From positions 107,887-171,886 of the forward strand of contig CAVYZN010000017.1 in the NCBI GenBank assembly GCA_963773065.1: a stretch of 64,000 nt of DNA, written 5' to 3'. The stretch is from an uncultured Gammaproteobacteria bacterium (lineage in GTDB: Bacteria > Pseudomonadota > Gammaproteobacteria > UBA9214). The notes beneath the pieces are model-generated. The model was given only the letters and a program-made list of their open reading frames with translations, was not told where the DNA came from and did no database searches. Positions 10,278 to 22,160 of this stretch are shown one piece after another. Both the position numbers and the translations under genes were made by a program. Each line of letters opens with the position of its first letter. Within the stretch, counting starts at the first letter, position 1.

Positions 10278-10460
10278 TGTTGTTTTGCAGTGAACGCTGA
10301 CCCGGGTTCTGCATTGAACTTTGACCCGTCTGGGTGAGCCTTTGGTCGTTTTTCCAGGTTCCCCTCTCCTTTTCGATTCTGGCGTTGCTGTTCTCGTTTC
10401 CGTTCTCGATGATGTTGCAATGAAGGGTCAGGCGATCGAGCAGCGTGGTGGTCCTGGCAC
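10278..10460 (-). mobile_element. IS21-family right-end relic, copy 2
   Basis: TTTLLDRLTLHCNIIENGNE matches the IstB C-terminus; same terminal repeats as 1695-1825. Confidence 0.78.
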
Positions 10461-10525
10461 CTATAACACTCTGTAGTTGATCCACACCTACCGAGAAGCC
10501 ACCGCAATTGCCTCCCATTCATCAA

Positions 10526-10654
10526 GTGTACGTATTTTTACGTATAGGTAATCTGCCACTTTCATGATCAGCATCAACAGCCAATCTGGCGGTATGCAGT
10601 ATGGCCTCCCAAGGTCAGCCAGCAACAAGAATCAATCAGGCTGAGATAACTAAG
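10526..10654 (+). repeat. Diverged ~125-bp intergenic repeat, copy 2 (leader of the HAF-repeat gene)
   Basis: Homologous to 4132-4255; followed by GGAGAG RBS and ATG at 10674. Confidence 0.85.
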
Positions 10655-10673
10655 AATTTACGGAGAGAACACC

Positions 10674-11237
10674 ATGAATAAACCACGCCTCATCAGCGCT
10701 TCCAGTGTCTGTGTGTTTGCGTTCGCTGTCACGTCTGCACATGCCGTTGTCTATACCATCACTGATCTCAGTACACTGATTGGTGGTTCCTCATCTGTCA
10801 CCGGCATTAACAACAGTGGATGGTTAAGGGACGAGCAATGGTCATGCCTTTATTATATCTATGACGGCACCACCATGCGTGACCTCGGCACACTGGGCGG
10901 TGCGTCCTCATTGGGCGCCGCCAGCAACAACAGAGGCTGGGTGACCGGGAATAGTGTTACTGCTGATGGTTACACGCATGCCTTTCTCAAAGACGGTAGC
11001 ACCCTGCAGGATCTTGGTACTTTGGCCGGCATGGATCGTTCGAGTGGTAAAGACATCAACAACCGCGGCTGGGTGGTTGGATCTAGCTCTAACTACAGCT
11101 ACCCACTTAACGTTACTGCCTTTCTCTACGATGGTAACACCATGCTGGATTTGTGCGTATTGGCGGATTGTATAGTCAACGGCTGGGAGAGCCTCACCTC
11201 TGCATTCTTACTGCTGATCTCAGCCGCAGCAGCATAA
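10674..11237 (+). pseudogene. Secreted HAF-repeat protein, probably C-terminally truncated
   Basis: Signal peptide; DLGTLGG, INNRGWVVG, HAFL repeats; ORF runs into the convergent gene. Confidence 0.75.
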
Positions 11238-13075
11238 TCAGGGTGAAGAGGAGCCACCAGGTACCTGCCTCAGATGGGCTTCCTACATTCCTGATGAGGC
11301 TGCACCCGCCCCCGCCACCGCTGGCACCCGAAATGTTCGCCTTCTCGGCCGGCGCCCCCGGGTCGACGATGGCGCCGTTTGCCGCGAGGTCCGAGTCGCC
11401 GCGCTTACCATCGACAAAATGCAGCGTCACGACATTGCCGTTGATCTCGGCGCCGGTCTCGCCGTCATACAAAAATGCATACCAGTGATCCTTGGGATTA
11501 TCCGCGGTGGGGCCGTATTTATAATATGTTGTCGGCGACTCACCTTCCGGCAGGATGACATCAACAGTGACTGCCCCTAAATCACCACTATTCGGATTGC
11601 TAACGCCGAAACCGAACAGGCCATACGGGAAGTTGAACCCTTCAACAATCTTTGAGGGATTTGCTAACAGCGCCGCTGTCTGATCGGTCACCAATTTGAA
11701 CAACAAAGGCGGGGCGGTCACCAGGGTAACGTACTTGTCGTTTATAACGTTGGGGAAGGACGCGACGTTACCCTGAACGCTGTCAGCAATACCGTCCTTG
11801 TTGCCGTCACCCCCGTTAGGCGCAGCCTCCTCTACCGTATCAGGAACACAGTCACCGTCGGCATCATCACAGATGGCGTGGCCACCGGGTGACGCCTTGA
11901 TGACACCATTGGCATTATCGAGGTCGGCATCCCCACGCCCCCCATCCACGTAGTGCAGGATGATTGTATTTCCAACGATCTCGGCGCCGGTTGCCCCGTC
12001 ATACCGGAACTCATACCAGTGGGGTACCGTGTTGTCCACAGTAGGGCCGAACACATAATAGGTATCCGCCGATCCCCCGGCGGCAAGGGTCTCGGCGACG
12101 TTGACAGCACCGCCAGGTGCGATGCCAGTAAGATCAAACCCGGCATAGCCGTTGCTGAAATCCAGCGCGTCAAACAGCCCGGAAGATGCCGGCGGATTGG
12201 CCAGGGCGAACGTGGTCCCCAGTATGATCCAGGGACCGGATTGCCGCAGTCGCCGGGGCTTCGATCACGACGTAGTCACCCGAGCTACCCGGGAACGACG
12301 CCACATATACCTGGCTGCTGTCCTGGGTTCCGTCATTGTTGCCATCACCGCTATTCGGAGCGGCATCTTCGAGGGAGTCGATAGCCCCATCGCCGTCGTT
12401 GTCATAGCCAATCTTATTCACAATGGCCAGATTCTCGGGCTGGAGAACCATTGAACCGTCATAACCTATCAATGGCACTTCGGGAAATGAGCCGCACAAA
12501 AGAGGAAAAGGAACAATATTGATACATCTTAACTGCGCCGCGATGGCATCGATTACATCCATGCCATCGCCCAACACCTTACCGAAGACCGTGAATCCTC
12601 CCGAGTTGTTCGGATCATCCAGGCTTGGATTATCCGCCAGATTGAAGAACCATTCACTGGTCGCACTGTCAGGATCACTGGTCTTGGCCATTGCCAGGGT
12701 GCCGCGTACATTCGTCCTGTTAACCGGGTCTGGCTCATTTACGACAGGTGGGTCAACGGGAATATGACTGGTCCCGCTTCCGAAGAACTCGCCATTAGCG
12801 GGGTTGAAGATGTAACCTCCTCCCTGCACCACGAAACCCGGTACGCTGCGATGGATGAAGGTTCCATCATAGTCACCGTCATTCACATAATTCAGAAAAT
12901 TCCCGACGGTAAGCGGAGCCTGCGTATCGAACAGCTCGATATCAACACCACCCAGATCGGTTTGCATGCGCAGGAGGGTGTTACTCATCACTGACGCCGG
13001 CATGGAGAATGCCGCCAGCAATATGGCGAGTGTAAACGGCCTGCTGGTTAATGTTCCTGATACGATAAAAGACAT
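11194..13075 (-). CDS. Cyclophilin-type PPIase fused to two choice-of-anchor-U-like domains and a Gly-rich C-terminal sorting signal; frameshifted at ~12050-12220
   Basis: APLTVGNFLNYV..FIHRSVPGFVVQGGG..GTLAMAK..ATSEWFFN; two GDGNxDG..DS.Q..VASFP / WYxFxYDGxTGA..DGxRGD units; GGGGGCSL + TM + RLR tail. Confidence 0.8.
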
Positions 13076-13478
13076 CCCATCACTTCCGCGTGTAATTTAT
13101 TATTGAGCCCAACTATGGCCACCAGATAATAAATCATTTTTTCAATTCACGACCCTCAATAATCCCCGCATTCTTGGTAATTGATCCGGGATTACCCTCC
13201 ACCAACAGCAATACCCATCCCCACTCCGCCGCCTGATGAGAATCCGTGCCACGGCTAAATCAGAAAATCCTGCTCTCGTAACTACATGTATTTTATGTAT
13301 ATAATCTCGTCCACTGCTGTGTTTAGCTAATTAACTGAATCTTATGAATAAATCTCATAGCTGTTGCTAAAGATTGCGATGGCTTGCCCGATTGTATTGT
13401 GAGGCAGCTCACTTTGTAACTGACCCGTATCCGTTTGCAGTCAACAACCATAGCAATCAACTCAGCAAAGTAATTACG

Positions 13479-16421
13479 ATGAAAAACGAAGACCATAACA
13501 CCATGGCCACGGCAGAGGTGACCAATGTACAGGAACCTGCCAATGGATATTCGGGATATACGGAACGCCGCACCATGAACCGCTGGCAGTTCCGTGCTGA
13601 CCAGGTTCAGTTGCTTTATCAGCAGGTGCAAACAGAACTTATTATCAGCATGCTGATAGCCGCGATCGTTACCACCATCTTCTGGGATCTCGCACCACCG
13701 GTGCTGCTGCTCGGTTGGACAATTGCAATCATCGTGACTGTTGGCGGCCGCTCCCTGTTCATTTCCAGCAAGAGCGCGGATGGGTCCATGGATGACATCG
13801 ACTTCTGGGGAAGGCAGTATATCATCGGCGCAATGATATCCGGCATCTGCTGGGGTTCCCTCGGTATCTTCGCCGCCATCTTCGGTACCCTCACACACCA
13901 GCTTTTTGTGCTGTTTGTTCTGGCGGGTATTTCATTAACCGCCTATGTGTCCATGCAATCTTCTCCGAAGACGATTGCTGCTTTCGTGATTCCGACGCTA
14001 TTACCGATAACCGCGTGGTTTTTCTATCAGGGTAAAAATATCCATCTGTCACTTGGCATCCTGTCGATCGTATTTGCCACCGTGATGCTTACCTCATCAC
14101 GGACTATGCGCAACATACTGGCAAAGTCTTTCAGTCTCGGGTCTCATAATACAGAACTCATACGCAAGCTTGTCTTCGCCCGGGAAACGGCGGAGCAGGC
14201 GAAGAGTGACTCAGAAAAAGTCAATGTGGAACTGCAGGAACACATCAAGGAACGCCAACTCGCTGATGCGCGTATACGCGCATCGGAACAACGTCTGAGC
14301 GCCATTTTCGACAGTATGCAGGACACCATTTACCAGACCGACGTAGACGGGAATATGCTCTGGGCCACACCCTCTATCAGGCATCTGCTCGGATACAGTG
14401 CCAATGAAATCCTCGAAAAAAATATCAAGCACCTCTATGTCAATGAAAATGATCACGAGGACTTCAGACATGCCCTGGAAATCAATTACGGCCGGTTGCA
14501 GCATTTTGAGACCCGCCTGCTCCATAAGAATGGTTCACATATCTGGATCTCGGAAAATTCTCATTACAAGTACGATGCCAATGGCGAAATCATCGGTATC
14601 GAGGGCACTATCCGCGACATCACAGCCCTCAAGCAGGCCAAGGAAGCTCTTTACCAGGAAAAGGAACGCGCCCAGGTAACGCTGGGTTCCATCGGTGATG
14701 GTGTCGTCACTACCGACATGAATGGCGATATCGAGTACCTGAATCAGGTGGCCGAACAATCAACCGGCTGGAAACTTGAGGACGCTCGCGGCAAACCCAT
14801 GTCGAAGGTACTCAATATTGTCGATGAAAAAACTCTCGAAGCACCACCCGATGTGGTCAAGCTCTGCCTCGAAAAGGGAAAAAGCACCACGTTGGCGGGC
14901 CATCTGCTGCTGATACACCGCCATCGGAACCAACGCCTGTCTATCGAGGTCAATGCCTCGCCCATCAGGGATTCGAATTCGGATATCACCGGCGTTGTAC
15001 TTGTATTCCATGACGTGACTGAATTGCGCGGTCTGGCCAAGAAGATGTCCTATCAGGCCACACATGATTCGCTTACCGGACTGATAAACCGGCGCGAATT
15101 CGAGTACCGTGTCAAACTTGCGCTTGACCATGTACGCACCTCGGACACTCGGCATGCGTTGTGCTACATAGACCTCGACAATTTCAAGTTAGTAAATGAC
15201 ACCTGTGGCCATATCGCCGGTGATGAGCTGCTCAAGCAACTTACCATAAAGCTGCGCCTGGAACTCCGCGAGGCCGATACGCTGGCACGTCTCGGCGGCG
15301 ACGAGTTCGGCGTGCTACTTGAGGGGTGCTCTATCGAAAATGCGCACGAACCGGCAGAGAATCTGCGCAAGATCGTGGAAAATTTCCGCTTTGTCTGGGA
15401 CAACAAGGCATTCCGGGTTGGTGCGAGCATCGGTTTGGTACCGATCACTGCGGAAAGCGGTACACTGACCGATGTTCTGAGCGCCGCGGACTCGGCCTGT
15501 TACGTTGCGAAGGATCAGGGTCGCAATCGCATCCACATCTACGAACACGATGATGAGGCATTGGTCAAACGCCATGGCCAGATGCAATGGGTACAACGCA
15601 TCCAGGATGTACTTGAGCAACAACGCTTTCGCCTGTTTTTCCAACCGATTGCAAAACTCAACAGGGCCAAGAGCGAGAAAAATACCATACATGGTGAAGT
15701 TCTGATACGCATGCTGGACGAAAACAATGAAATGGTTGGACCGGGCGCGTTTATTCCTTCTGCCGAGCGTTATTCCCTCATGCCAGCGATTGACCGTTGG
15801 GTCATCCAGAATACCTTCAAGGTCCTGACCCTTGACAAGGAACGGCTGGTAACAACAGTCAGCACATGTTGTATCAATCTGTCCGGCCAGTCATTGTCTG
15901 ATGAGCGATTCACGGATTTCCTCGTCAACCAGATTAAGAACTGTGGTTTCCCGCCCAATATCCTGTGTTTTGAGATTACCGAGACCGCGGTCATAGCCAA
16001 CCTATGCAACGCAGCCAGCATGATCTCAATCCTGCGTGACATGGGTTGCCGCTTTGCACTGGATGATTTCGGTGTCGGCTTGAGTTCATTCAGTTACCTG
16101 AAGAACCTCCCCGTCGATTACCTCAAGCTCGATGGCTGTTTCGTTAAGAACCTGGTGAATGACACGATAGACAAGGCAATGGTAAAGGCCATTAATCGCA
16201 TCGGGCACACCATGGGTATTAAAACCATTGCCGAGTTCGTCGAGGATGATGCAACGCTCCAGGCTGTTCGTGAAATCGGCGTGGACTATGCCCAGGGTTA
16301 CGTCATTGCCAGGCCCATGCCAATTGAGATCGGCCTCTATGGTGAACCGATCGACATACAGTTTGCGGACAGCGGTGATAACGAACCCATCCCGATCGAG
16401 GCCTATTCAGTCAACCGCTAG
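13479..16421 (+). CDS. Membrane PAS-PAS-GGDEF-EAL c-di-GMP signalling protein
   Basis: N-terminal TM helices, two PAS domains, HDSLTGLINR, RLGGDEF, EVLIRM, LDDFGVG. Confidence 0.95.
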   Translation: MKNEDHNTMATAEVTNVQEPANGYSGYTERRTMNRWQFRADQVQLLYQQVQTELIISMLIAAIVTTIFWDLAPPVLLLGWTIAIIVTVGGRSLFISSKSADGSMDDIDFWGRQYIIGAMISGICWGSLGIFAAIFGTLTHQLFVLFVLAGISLTAYVSMQSSPKTIAAFVIPTLLPITAWFFYQGKNIHLSLGILSIVFATVMLTSSRTMRNILAKSFSLGSHNTELIRKLVFARETAEQAKSDSEKVNVELQEHIKERQLADARIRASEQRLSAIFDSMQDTIYQTDVDGNMLWATPSIRHLLGYSANEILEKNIKHLYVNENDHEDFRHALEINYGRLQHFETRLLHKNGSHIWISENSHYKYDANGEIIGIEGTIRDITALKQAKEALYQEKERAQVTLGSIGDGVVTTDMNGDIEYLNQVAEQSTGWKLEDARGKPMSKVLNIVDEKTLEAPPDVVKLCLEKGKSTTLAGHLLLIHRHRNQRLSIEVNASPIRDSNSDITGVVLVFHDVTELRGLAKKMSYQATHDSLTGLINRREFEYRVKLALDHVRTSDTRHALCYIDLDNFKLVNDTCGHIAGDELLKQLTIKLRLELREADTLARLGGDEFGVLLEGCSIENAHEPAENLRKIVENFRFVWDNKAFRVGASIGLVPITAESGTLTDVLSAADSACYVAKDQGRNRIHIYEHDDEALVKRHGQMQWVQRIQDVLEQQRFRLFFQPIAKLNRAKSEKNTIHGEVLIRMLDENNEMVGPGAFIPSAERYSLMPAIDRWVIQNTFKVLTLDKERLVTTVSTCCINLSGQSLSDERFTDFLVNQIKNCGFPPNILCFEITETAVIANLCNAASMISILRDMGCRFALDDFGVGLSSFSYLKNLPVDYLKLDGCFVKNLVNDTIDKAMVKAINRIGHTMGIKTIAEFVEDDATLQAVREIGVDYAQGYVIARPMPIEIGLYGEPIDIQFADSGDNEPIPIEAYSVNR

Positions 16422-17276
16422 TGCTTGTCCTCATCGGCATCAGCACGATCCAGTTCGGCATCCATCTCGGATTCGGTTAGTGGCTTATATTTTTCTGCAT
16501 CGCCCGCGCCTCCCGGCGTAGCCTCCCGTTTCGACATGAACCATCCTGAAAAAAAGAGTCCAAGCTTCGAATAGCAGCCACATCGGAACAGCAAGCAGTG
16601 TCTGTGAAATGACATCAGGTGGCGTCAGCACCCCACCGATAATAAATGCAGCGACGATAATGTAGGGACGTTTCTCGCGCAGACTATCCTGCGTCACCAC
16701 CCCGGTCCACACGAGCAGAACCGTCACAACCGGCACCTCAAACGCCGCGCCGAAGGCAAAGAACAGCGTGAGGACGAAATCCAGATATCGGCTGATGTCG
16801 GTCATCACCGACACACCCTCCGGTGCGGTGCTGGTAAAAAACGCGAATACTAGGGGGAAAACGACAAAATAGGCAAACACCGCACCGGTGTAAAACAGCA
16901 TGGTACTTGAAACCAGCAGCGGCAAAACCAGGCGGCGTTCATGCTGGTATAGTCCGGGTGCAACGAAGGCCCACACTTGATACAGCACATACGGTATGGC
17001 GATGAATAACGCCAGCACCAGCGTCAGCTTGAACGGGATCAGGAAAGGCGAGGTAACCTCAATGGCGATCATGCTGCTCCCTTGCGGGAGATGGGAGGTC
17101 AATGGGCCGGATAAACTTGAAAACAGGAAATTCGAAAACGGCATCAACGCGAGAGTGATAACAGCAACAACGAGCACTATACGCAGCAAACGACTGCGCA
17201 ACTCAATCAGGTGATAGATAAACGGCTGTTCGGTATCGTCGGGGAACGACGGGTTTTGCTTACGGTTTGTTGTCAT
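16418..17276 (-). CDS. tatC: TatC; probable indel near 16560, C-terminus continues in the 16418 frame
   Basis: HLIELRSRL, YQVWAFVAPGLY, FGAAFEVP, LTPPDVISQ. Confidence 0.95.
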
Positions 17277-17616
17277 CCATCACATCACGGGGAGCAGTTT
17301 CTGCAGAACCAACCACCTTTCTACCTTCCTTCTGTAGCGGTACATCTGCCGCTTTCTTCTCAGACGGATGAATGCTGCTGGTGTGTTCGATGATTTCCTC
17401 GAGTCCCGGAATCGCCGCCTGCTGGGCCAGTGTTTTCCTGAGTTCCTCAGTGGCAAGTTCGTGATCAATTTCCGCCTTCACGGATGCAACAAACCCCCGA
17501 ATCTTGCCGATCCACAAGCCGATAGAGCGGGCAAGCCGTGGCAAGCGCTCCGGCCCCACCACGATCAGGGCGATCACCAAGATGAGTAGGATCTCCGAAA
17601 AGCCGATATCGAACAT
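17260..17616 (-). CDS. tatB: TatB
   Basis: MFDIGFSEILLILVIALIVVGPERLP. Confidence 0.96.
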   Translation of the reverse strand: MFDIGFSEILLILVIALIVVGPERLPRLARSIGLWIGKIRGFVASVKAEIDHELATEELRKTLAQQAAIPGLEEIIEHTSSIHPSEKKAADVPLQKEGRKVVGSAETAPRDVMDDNKP

Positions 17617-17652
17617 ATTCAGCCCGCTTGCTCGCTCATTCTCGAATCGGGC

Positions 17653-17883
17653 TCACACCTTGTCCTTGTCGCGCCCGGTAACCTCGCCGTCAATCACCCG
17701 TCCACTTTCTTTGCTCTCCAGTTTCTTGTCGCCCGGCTCTTCTTCCTCGCCTTCACGGACGGCCTGCTTGAAACCCTTGATCGCCTTGCCCAGATCTGAT
17801 CCGATGGTGCCCAGGCGCTTGGTGCCGAATAAAACCATCACGATGACCAGAATGATTAATAAATGCCAGATACTTATACCCAT
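17653..17883 (-). CDS. tatA: TatA
   Basis: [36 protein letters not shown]. Confidence 0.96.
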   Translation of the reverse strand: MGISIWHLLIILVIVMVLFGTKRLGTIGSDLGKAIKGFKQAVREGEEEEPGDKKLESKESGRVIDGEVTGRDKDKV

Positions 17884-17941
17884 AGTTCCTACTCCTGACC
17901 GATCGGTCGATACCACACATATGATTTAAATCGCTAGCGTG

Positions 17942-18259
17942 CTATTTGTCGCGCGCCGCTTTCTCTTCAAGGCCGGAAAGCCCGAAGCGCCGGTTCAACT
18001 CAGCCAGTACATCCGTCGGACCCAAACCTCGCGCTGCCAGCATCACCAGTGTATGAAACCACAAGTCGGCAGTCTCACTAACCAGCCGGGCATCGTCCTC
18101 ACCCTTGGCGGCAAGTATCGTTTCGGTTGCCTCTTCCCCGACCTTTTTGAGAATGGCATCCAGCCCCTTTTCGTACAGACTGGCGACGTATGAGCGTTGC
18201 GGGTCAGCACGTTTGCGCTGTTCGATTGCCTCGGCAAGTTTTTCCAGTGTTGTATTCAC
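17942..18259 (-). CDS. hisE: Phosphoribosyl-ATP pyrophosphatase
   Basis: [29 protein letters not shown]. Confidence 0.96.
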   Translation of the reverse strand: MNTTLEKLAEAIEQRKRADPQRSYVASLYEKGLDAILKKVGEEATETILAAKGEDDARLVSETADLWFHTLVMLAARGLGPTDVLAELNRRFGLSGLEEKAARDK

Positions 18260-18264
18260 GATTC

Positions 18265-18678
18265 CTATACAGCGCTATCCTTATCCCTGTCCTTTTTGTA
18301 AATGGCATCCGGATCCTTCAGCACCGGTTCGACCGTGACCCAGCGTTCGCCCTCGAGGCGCTGGAAGAAACAGCTACGGCGCCCGGTGTGACAGGCGATC
18401 CCGCCATGCTGCTGCACTTGCAGCATGACCACGTCGTTATCGCAATCCAGGCGTATCTCCTTCACGACCTGCTCATGCCCGGACTCCTCACCCTTGCGCC
18501 ACAGCTTCTGTCTCGACCGCGACCAGTAAACCGCCTTGCCTTCCCGGGCTGTCAGGCTCAAGGCCTCGCGGTTCATCCAGGCAACCATCAGAATCACGCC
18601 ATCCTGTGCATCCTGTGCGATGGCCGGAACCAGACCCTCATCAGTCCATTTGATTTCATTCAGCCAGTCATCAGGCAT
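18265..18678 (-). CDS. hisI: Phosphoribosyl-AMP cyclohydrolase
   Basis: [32 protein letters not shown]. Confidence 0.96.
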   Translation of the reverse strand: MPDDWLNEIKWTDEGLVPAIAQDAQDGVILMVAWMNREALSLTAREGKAVYWSRSRQKLWRKGEESGHEQVVKEIRLDCDNDVVMLQVQQHGGIACHTGRRSCFFQRLEGERWVTVEPVLKDPDAIYKKDRDKDSAV

Positions 18679-18736
18679 GCACCGCCTCAATGGGATACAT
18701 CCAGCCTAACAAGACAGGCACAGCGCACGCCTGCTC

Positions 18737-19510
18737 CTACAATCTCATCTCGATGCCGCGTTCGGCCATATAGCGCTTGGCCTCACCGATCGAATACTCG
18801 CCAAAGTGGAAAATGCTGGCGGCCAGCACGGCATCCGCCCTGCCCTCCAGGACACCTGCAACCAGATGATCGAGGTTTCCCACACCGCCGGATGCGATGA
18901 CCGGAACATCAACCGCATCGCTGATGGAACGGGTCAACGCGAGATCAAATCCGTCCCGCGTGCCATCGCGGTCCATGCTGGTCAGCAGTATCTCGCCCGC
19001 ACCGAACTCCACCATGCGCCGCGCCCACGCAACGGCGTCGATGCCGGTTGGTTTGCGACCGCCGTGGGTAAAGATCTCCCAACGCAACGGCTCGCCCTCG
19101 GCGCTCACCTGTTTGGCGTCAATCGCCACCACGATGCACTGGGAACCGAACCGCTCGGCCGCCTCCCGCACAAACTCCGGATTGGATACCGCCGCGGTGT
19201 TGATGCCTACCTTGTCCGCACCGGCATTCAACATACGACGGATATCCGCGACTTCGCGTATACCACCGCCCACCGTGAGTGGGATAAACACTTCGCCGGC
19301 CACCTGCTCAACCACGTGGACCATGGTCTCACGCTGGTCCGAACTGGCCGTAATATCCAGAAACGTGATTTCATCGGCACCCTGTTCATCATAACGACGC
19401 GCCACTTCGACCGGGTCGCCGGCATCACGGATATCGATAAACTGCACGCCTTTGACCACGCGACCGCCATCGACGTCAAGGCAGGGAATGATGCGTCTGG
19501 CGAGGCCCAT
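18737..19510 (-). CDS. hisF: Imidazole glycerol phosphate synthase cyclase subunit
   Basis: [33 protein letters not shown]. Confidence 0.98.
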   Translation of the reverse strand: MGLARRIIPCLDVDGGRVVKGVQFIDIRDAGDPVEVARRYDEQGADEITFLDITASSDQRETMVHVVEQVAGEVFIPLTVGGGIREVADIRRMLNAGADKVGINTAAVSNPEFVREAAERFGSQCIVVAIDAKQVSAEGEPLRWEIFTHGGRKPTGIDAVAWARRMVEFGAGEILLTSMDRDGTRDGFDLALTRSISDAVDVPVIASGGVGNLDHLVAGVLEGRADAVLAASIFHFGEYSIGEAKRYMAERGIEMRL

Positions 19511-19522
19511 GTTACCCGACCC

Positions 19523-20269
19523 TTACTCCTGCATACCGCACAGTTCATCCGCCAGTTTCTGTGCCGCGGCAAGATCCAGCGTACCCTCGTACAGGGCGCG
19601 CCCCGTGATTGCCCCCATGATACCTTCATCAGACACCTCGCACAGGGCACGTATGTCATTCATATTGGTAATGCCACCCGAGGCGATCACCGGTATGCTT
19701 ATGGACTGCGCCAGCTTGACCGTGGATTCCACATTGACACCGCTCATCATACCGTCACGCCCGATATCCGTGAATACGATGGCCTCGACTCCGTCCTGTT
19801 CAAAACGCCGCGCCATATCGATGGCCGAGTGATGCGACAGTTTGGACCAACCGTCTATGGCGATCCTGCCGTCCTTCGCATCCAGCCCGACGAGAATGTG
19901 GCCGGGGAACTCCAGACACAGATCATTGATAAAATGCGGTGCGCTTACCGCCTTGGTGCCGATGATGGCGTACCGCACGCCGGCCTCAAGATAGGCGGCA
20001 ACGGTATCTTCATCCCGGATACCTCCGCCAACCTGTATCGGCAATTCCGGAAACGCTTCCGCAACAGCCTTGATGGCGCCCGCATTCACCGGTTTACCGG
20101 CAAATGCGCCGTTAAGATCGACCATGTGCAGACGGCGTGCCCCGGCATCCACCCAGCGCTGCGCCACCTCCACCGGATCATCACCGAATACGGTTTCATC
20201 TTCCATTCTACCCTGCCGCAGACGGACGCATTTACCATCTTTGAGATCGATCGCGGGTATCACTAACAT
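19523..20269 (-). CDS. hisA: ProFAR isomerase
   Basis: [31 protein letters not shown]. Confidence 0.98.
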   Translation of the reverse strand: MLVIPAIDLKDGKCVRLRQGRMEDETVFGDDPVEVAQRWVDAGARRLHMVDLNGAFAGKPVNAGAIKAVAEAFPELPIQVGGGIRDEDTVAAYLEAGVRYAIIGTKAVSAPHFINDLCLEFPGHILVGLDAKDGRIAIDGWSKLSHHSAIDMARRFEQDGVEAIVFTDIGRDGMMSGVNVESTVKLAQSISIPVIASGGITNMNDIRALCEVSDEGIMGAITGRALYEGTLDLAAAQKLADELCGMQE

Positions 20270-20272
20270 GTT

Positions 20273-20917
20273 TCAAGTTTCTCCATCCCAACCGACAAAA
20301 TTGGATAACAAACCCAACCCGGCATGCTGGCTTTTTTCCGGGTGAAACTGCACGGCAAATATGTTGTCGCGGGCGATCGCCGAGGCGAAGGCGATGCCGT
20401 AGGGTGTGATCGCCGCAACGGCGGCGTCTTCCACCGGTATCGCATAGTAGCTGTGGACGAAGTAAAACCGCCCGCCGTTGGGGATATCCCGCCACAAGGG
20501 GTGTGCCCATTGCGGAATTACCTGGTTCCAGCCCATGTGGGGAATCTTGAGACGCTCGCCATTGTCCGCCCTCAGGTCCGGTGGAAATCGTGCAACTCGT
20601 CCCGGGATTATCCCCAGACAGGCGGTGCCCTGATTCTCCTCGCTGGCATCGAGCAGTGCCTGCATGCCCAGGCACACTCCCAGCAGCGGTTTTGAACGGG
20701 CCGCCTCCAGCACCACCTGATCGAGACCCGACGCCTGCAGTTCGGCCATGCAATCACGCATCGCACCCACGCCGGGGAACACCACCCGATCCGCCGCCAG
20801 AACGGCGGCACGCTGGCTGGTCACCATGACGCGATCCTTGCCGGCCACGTGTTCCAATGCCTTGGCGATGGAATGCAGATTCCCCATGCCATAATCGATT
20901 ATTGCAATGGATGCCAT
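20273..20917 (-). CDS. hisH: Imidazole glycerol phosphate synthase glutaminase subunit
   Basis: DYGMGNL, PGVG, GVCLGMQ, PHMGWN, QFHPEKS. Confidence 0.98.
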   Translation of the reverse strand: MASIAIIDYGMGNLHSIAKALEHVAGKDRVMVTSQRAAVLAADRVVFPGVGAMRDCMAELQASGLDQVVLEAARSKPLLGVCLGMQALLDASEENQGTACLGIIPGRVARFPPDLRADNGERLKIPHMGWNQVIPQWAHPLWRDIPNGGRFYFVHSYYAIPVEDAAVAAITPYGIAFASAIARDNIFAVQFHPEKSQHAGLGLLSNFVGWDGET

Positions 20918-20972
20918 AATTTCACAGGCGGACAACGAAGCAGGCGTCGATCACCCGAAGGATAAGGAATAC

Positions 20973-21566
20973 TCAAAGACTCCCTTTGGTTGAAGGAAGC
21001 ATGCTGCCCATGGCCGGATCCGCCTCCAGCGCCATGCGCATGGCGCGTCCGAACGCCTTGAAGATAGTCTCGGCGATGTGATGCGAGTTAGTGCCCCTGA
21101 GGCAATCCACATGCAGTGTGACCTGGGCATGATTGACAAAACCCTGAAAAAATTCGTGGATAAGATCGACATCAAAATCACCAACTCGCGCACGCGGGTA
21201 TTCAACATGATATTGCAGTCCGGGCCGTCCCGAAAAATCTATAACCACCCGTGACAGGGTTTCGTCGAGCGGGACATAGGCATGCCCGTAGCGGCGGATC
21301 CCGCGCTTGTCAGCCAGGGCTTTCGCCAGCGCCTGCCCGAGGGTAATACCGATATCTTCAACGGTGTGATGGGCATCGATGTGAAGATCGCCCGTCGCCT
21401 TGATATCAATATCCAGCATCCCGTGCCGCGCCACCTGATCCAGCATGTGTTCCAGAAACGGCAGACCGGTTTCAAACGAGGCTTTGCCCCGACCGTCAAG
21501 ATTGACGAACACCCTGATCCGTGTCTCGAGTGTTTCCCGGCTGACTGCTGCCTCGCGCTGCGACAT
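20973..21566 (-). CDS. hisB: Imidazoleglycerol-phosphate dehydratase
   Basis: [32 protein letters not shown]. Confidence 0.98.
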   Translation of the reverse strand: MSQREAAVSRETLETRIRVFVNLDGRGKASFETGLPFLEHMLDQVARHGMLDIDIKATGDLHIDAHHTVEDIGITLGQALAKALADKRGIRRYGHAYVPLDETLSRVVIDFSGRPGLQYHVEYPRARVGDFDVDLIHEFFQGFVNHAQVTLHVDCLRGTNSHHIAETIFKAFGRAMRMALEADPAMGSMLPSTKGSL

Positions 21567-21710
21567 GGTTGCTAATCTGGCCCTGCAAATACCCGAGTAA
21601 GTTTCCCCCGTGTGTAATCGTAGCGAAAAACAGCCCCGGAGAGAACCATTTGCGACAATTCCAGTTGATTTATACCCCGACTGCACCGCGGAGGAAAGCT
21701 TAACGAATAT

Positions 21711-22160
21711 TCATGCCGCCGGCCTGACCTCCAGCCAGAAGGTCACCGGACCGTCATTGATTAGCGCAACCTGCATATTGGCGGCGAAGCGGCCGTAACC
21801 GAGCGGTGCATGCTGCTTGCCGGCAAAGGCTACCATGCGGTCGAACAATCGCTCACCTTCCGCCGGGTCGGCGGCTGGTGTGAAACTGGGACGCATGCCT
21901 CTAGCCGTATCCGCCGCCAGGGTAAATTGCGGTACCAGCAGCAGTCCGCCACCGCTCTGCCTCAGGCTGAGGTTCATCCTGCCCTGTGCATCGGGAAAAA
22001 CCCGATACCCGAGCACACGCTCCAGTAAACGCGTTACTTCACGTTCAGTATCTCCTTTCTGCACGCCAACCAGCACCAGCAGCCCTGCGCCTATGACGGC
22101 AATCACCTCATCTTCAACGGTCACGCTGGCCGACTGTACGCGCTGCAGCAAACCGATCAT
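21711..22160 (-). CDS. dtd: D-aminoacyl-tRNA deacylase
   Basis: [26 protein letters not shown]. Confidence 0.95.
   Translation of the reverse strand: MIGLLQRVQSASVTVEDEVIAVIGAGLLVLVGVQKGDTEREVTRLLERVLGYRVFPDAQGRMNLSLRQSGGGLLLVPQFTLAADTARGMRPSFTPAADPAEGERLFDRMVAFAGKQHAPLGYGRFAANMQVALINDGPVTFWLEVRPAA

Noticed and set aside
13100-13130. GGCCACCAGATA as an attR copy of the tRNA 3' end
   Set aside because: Match to GGCCCACCATAT is too short and imperfect, and no integrase is present.
18190-20266. Long antisense ORFs opposite his genes (similar ones opposite topA, hemB and prlC)
   Set aside because: Shadow ORFs expected from high GC3 codon bias; the sense genes are unambiguous.
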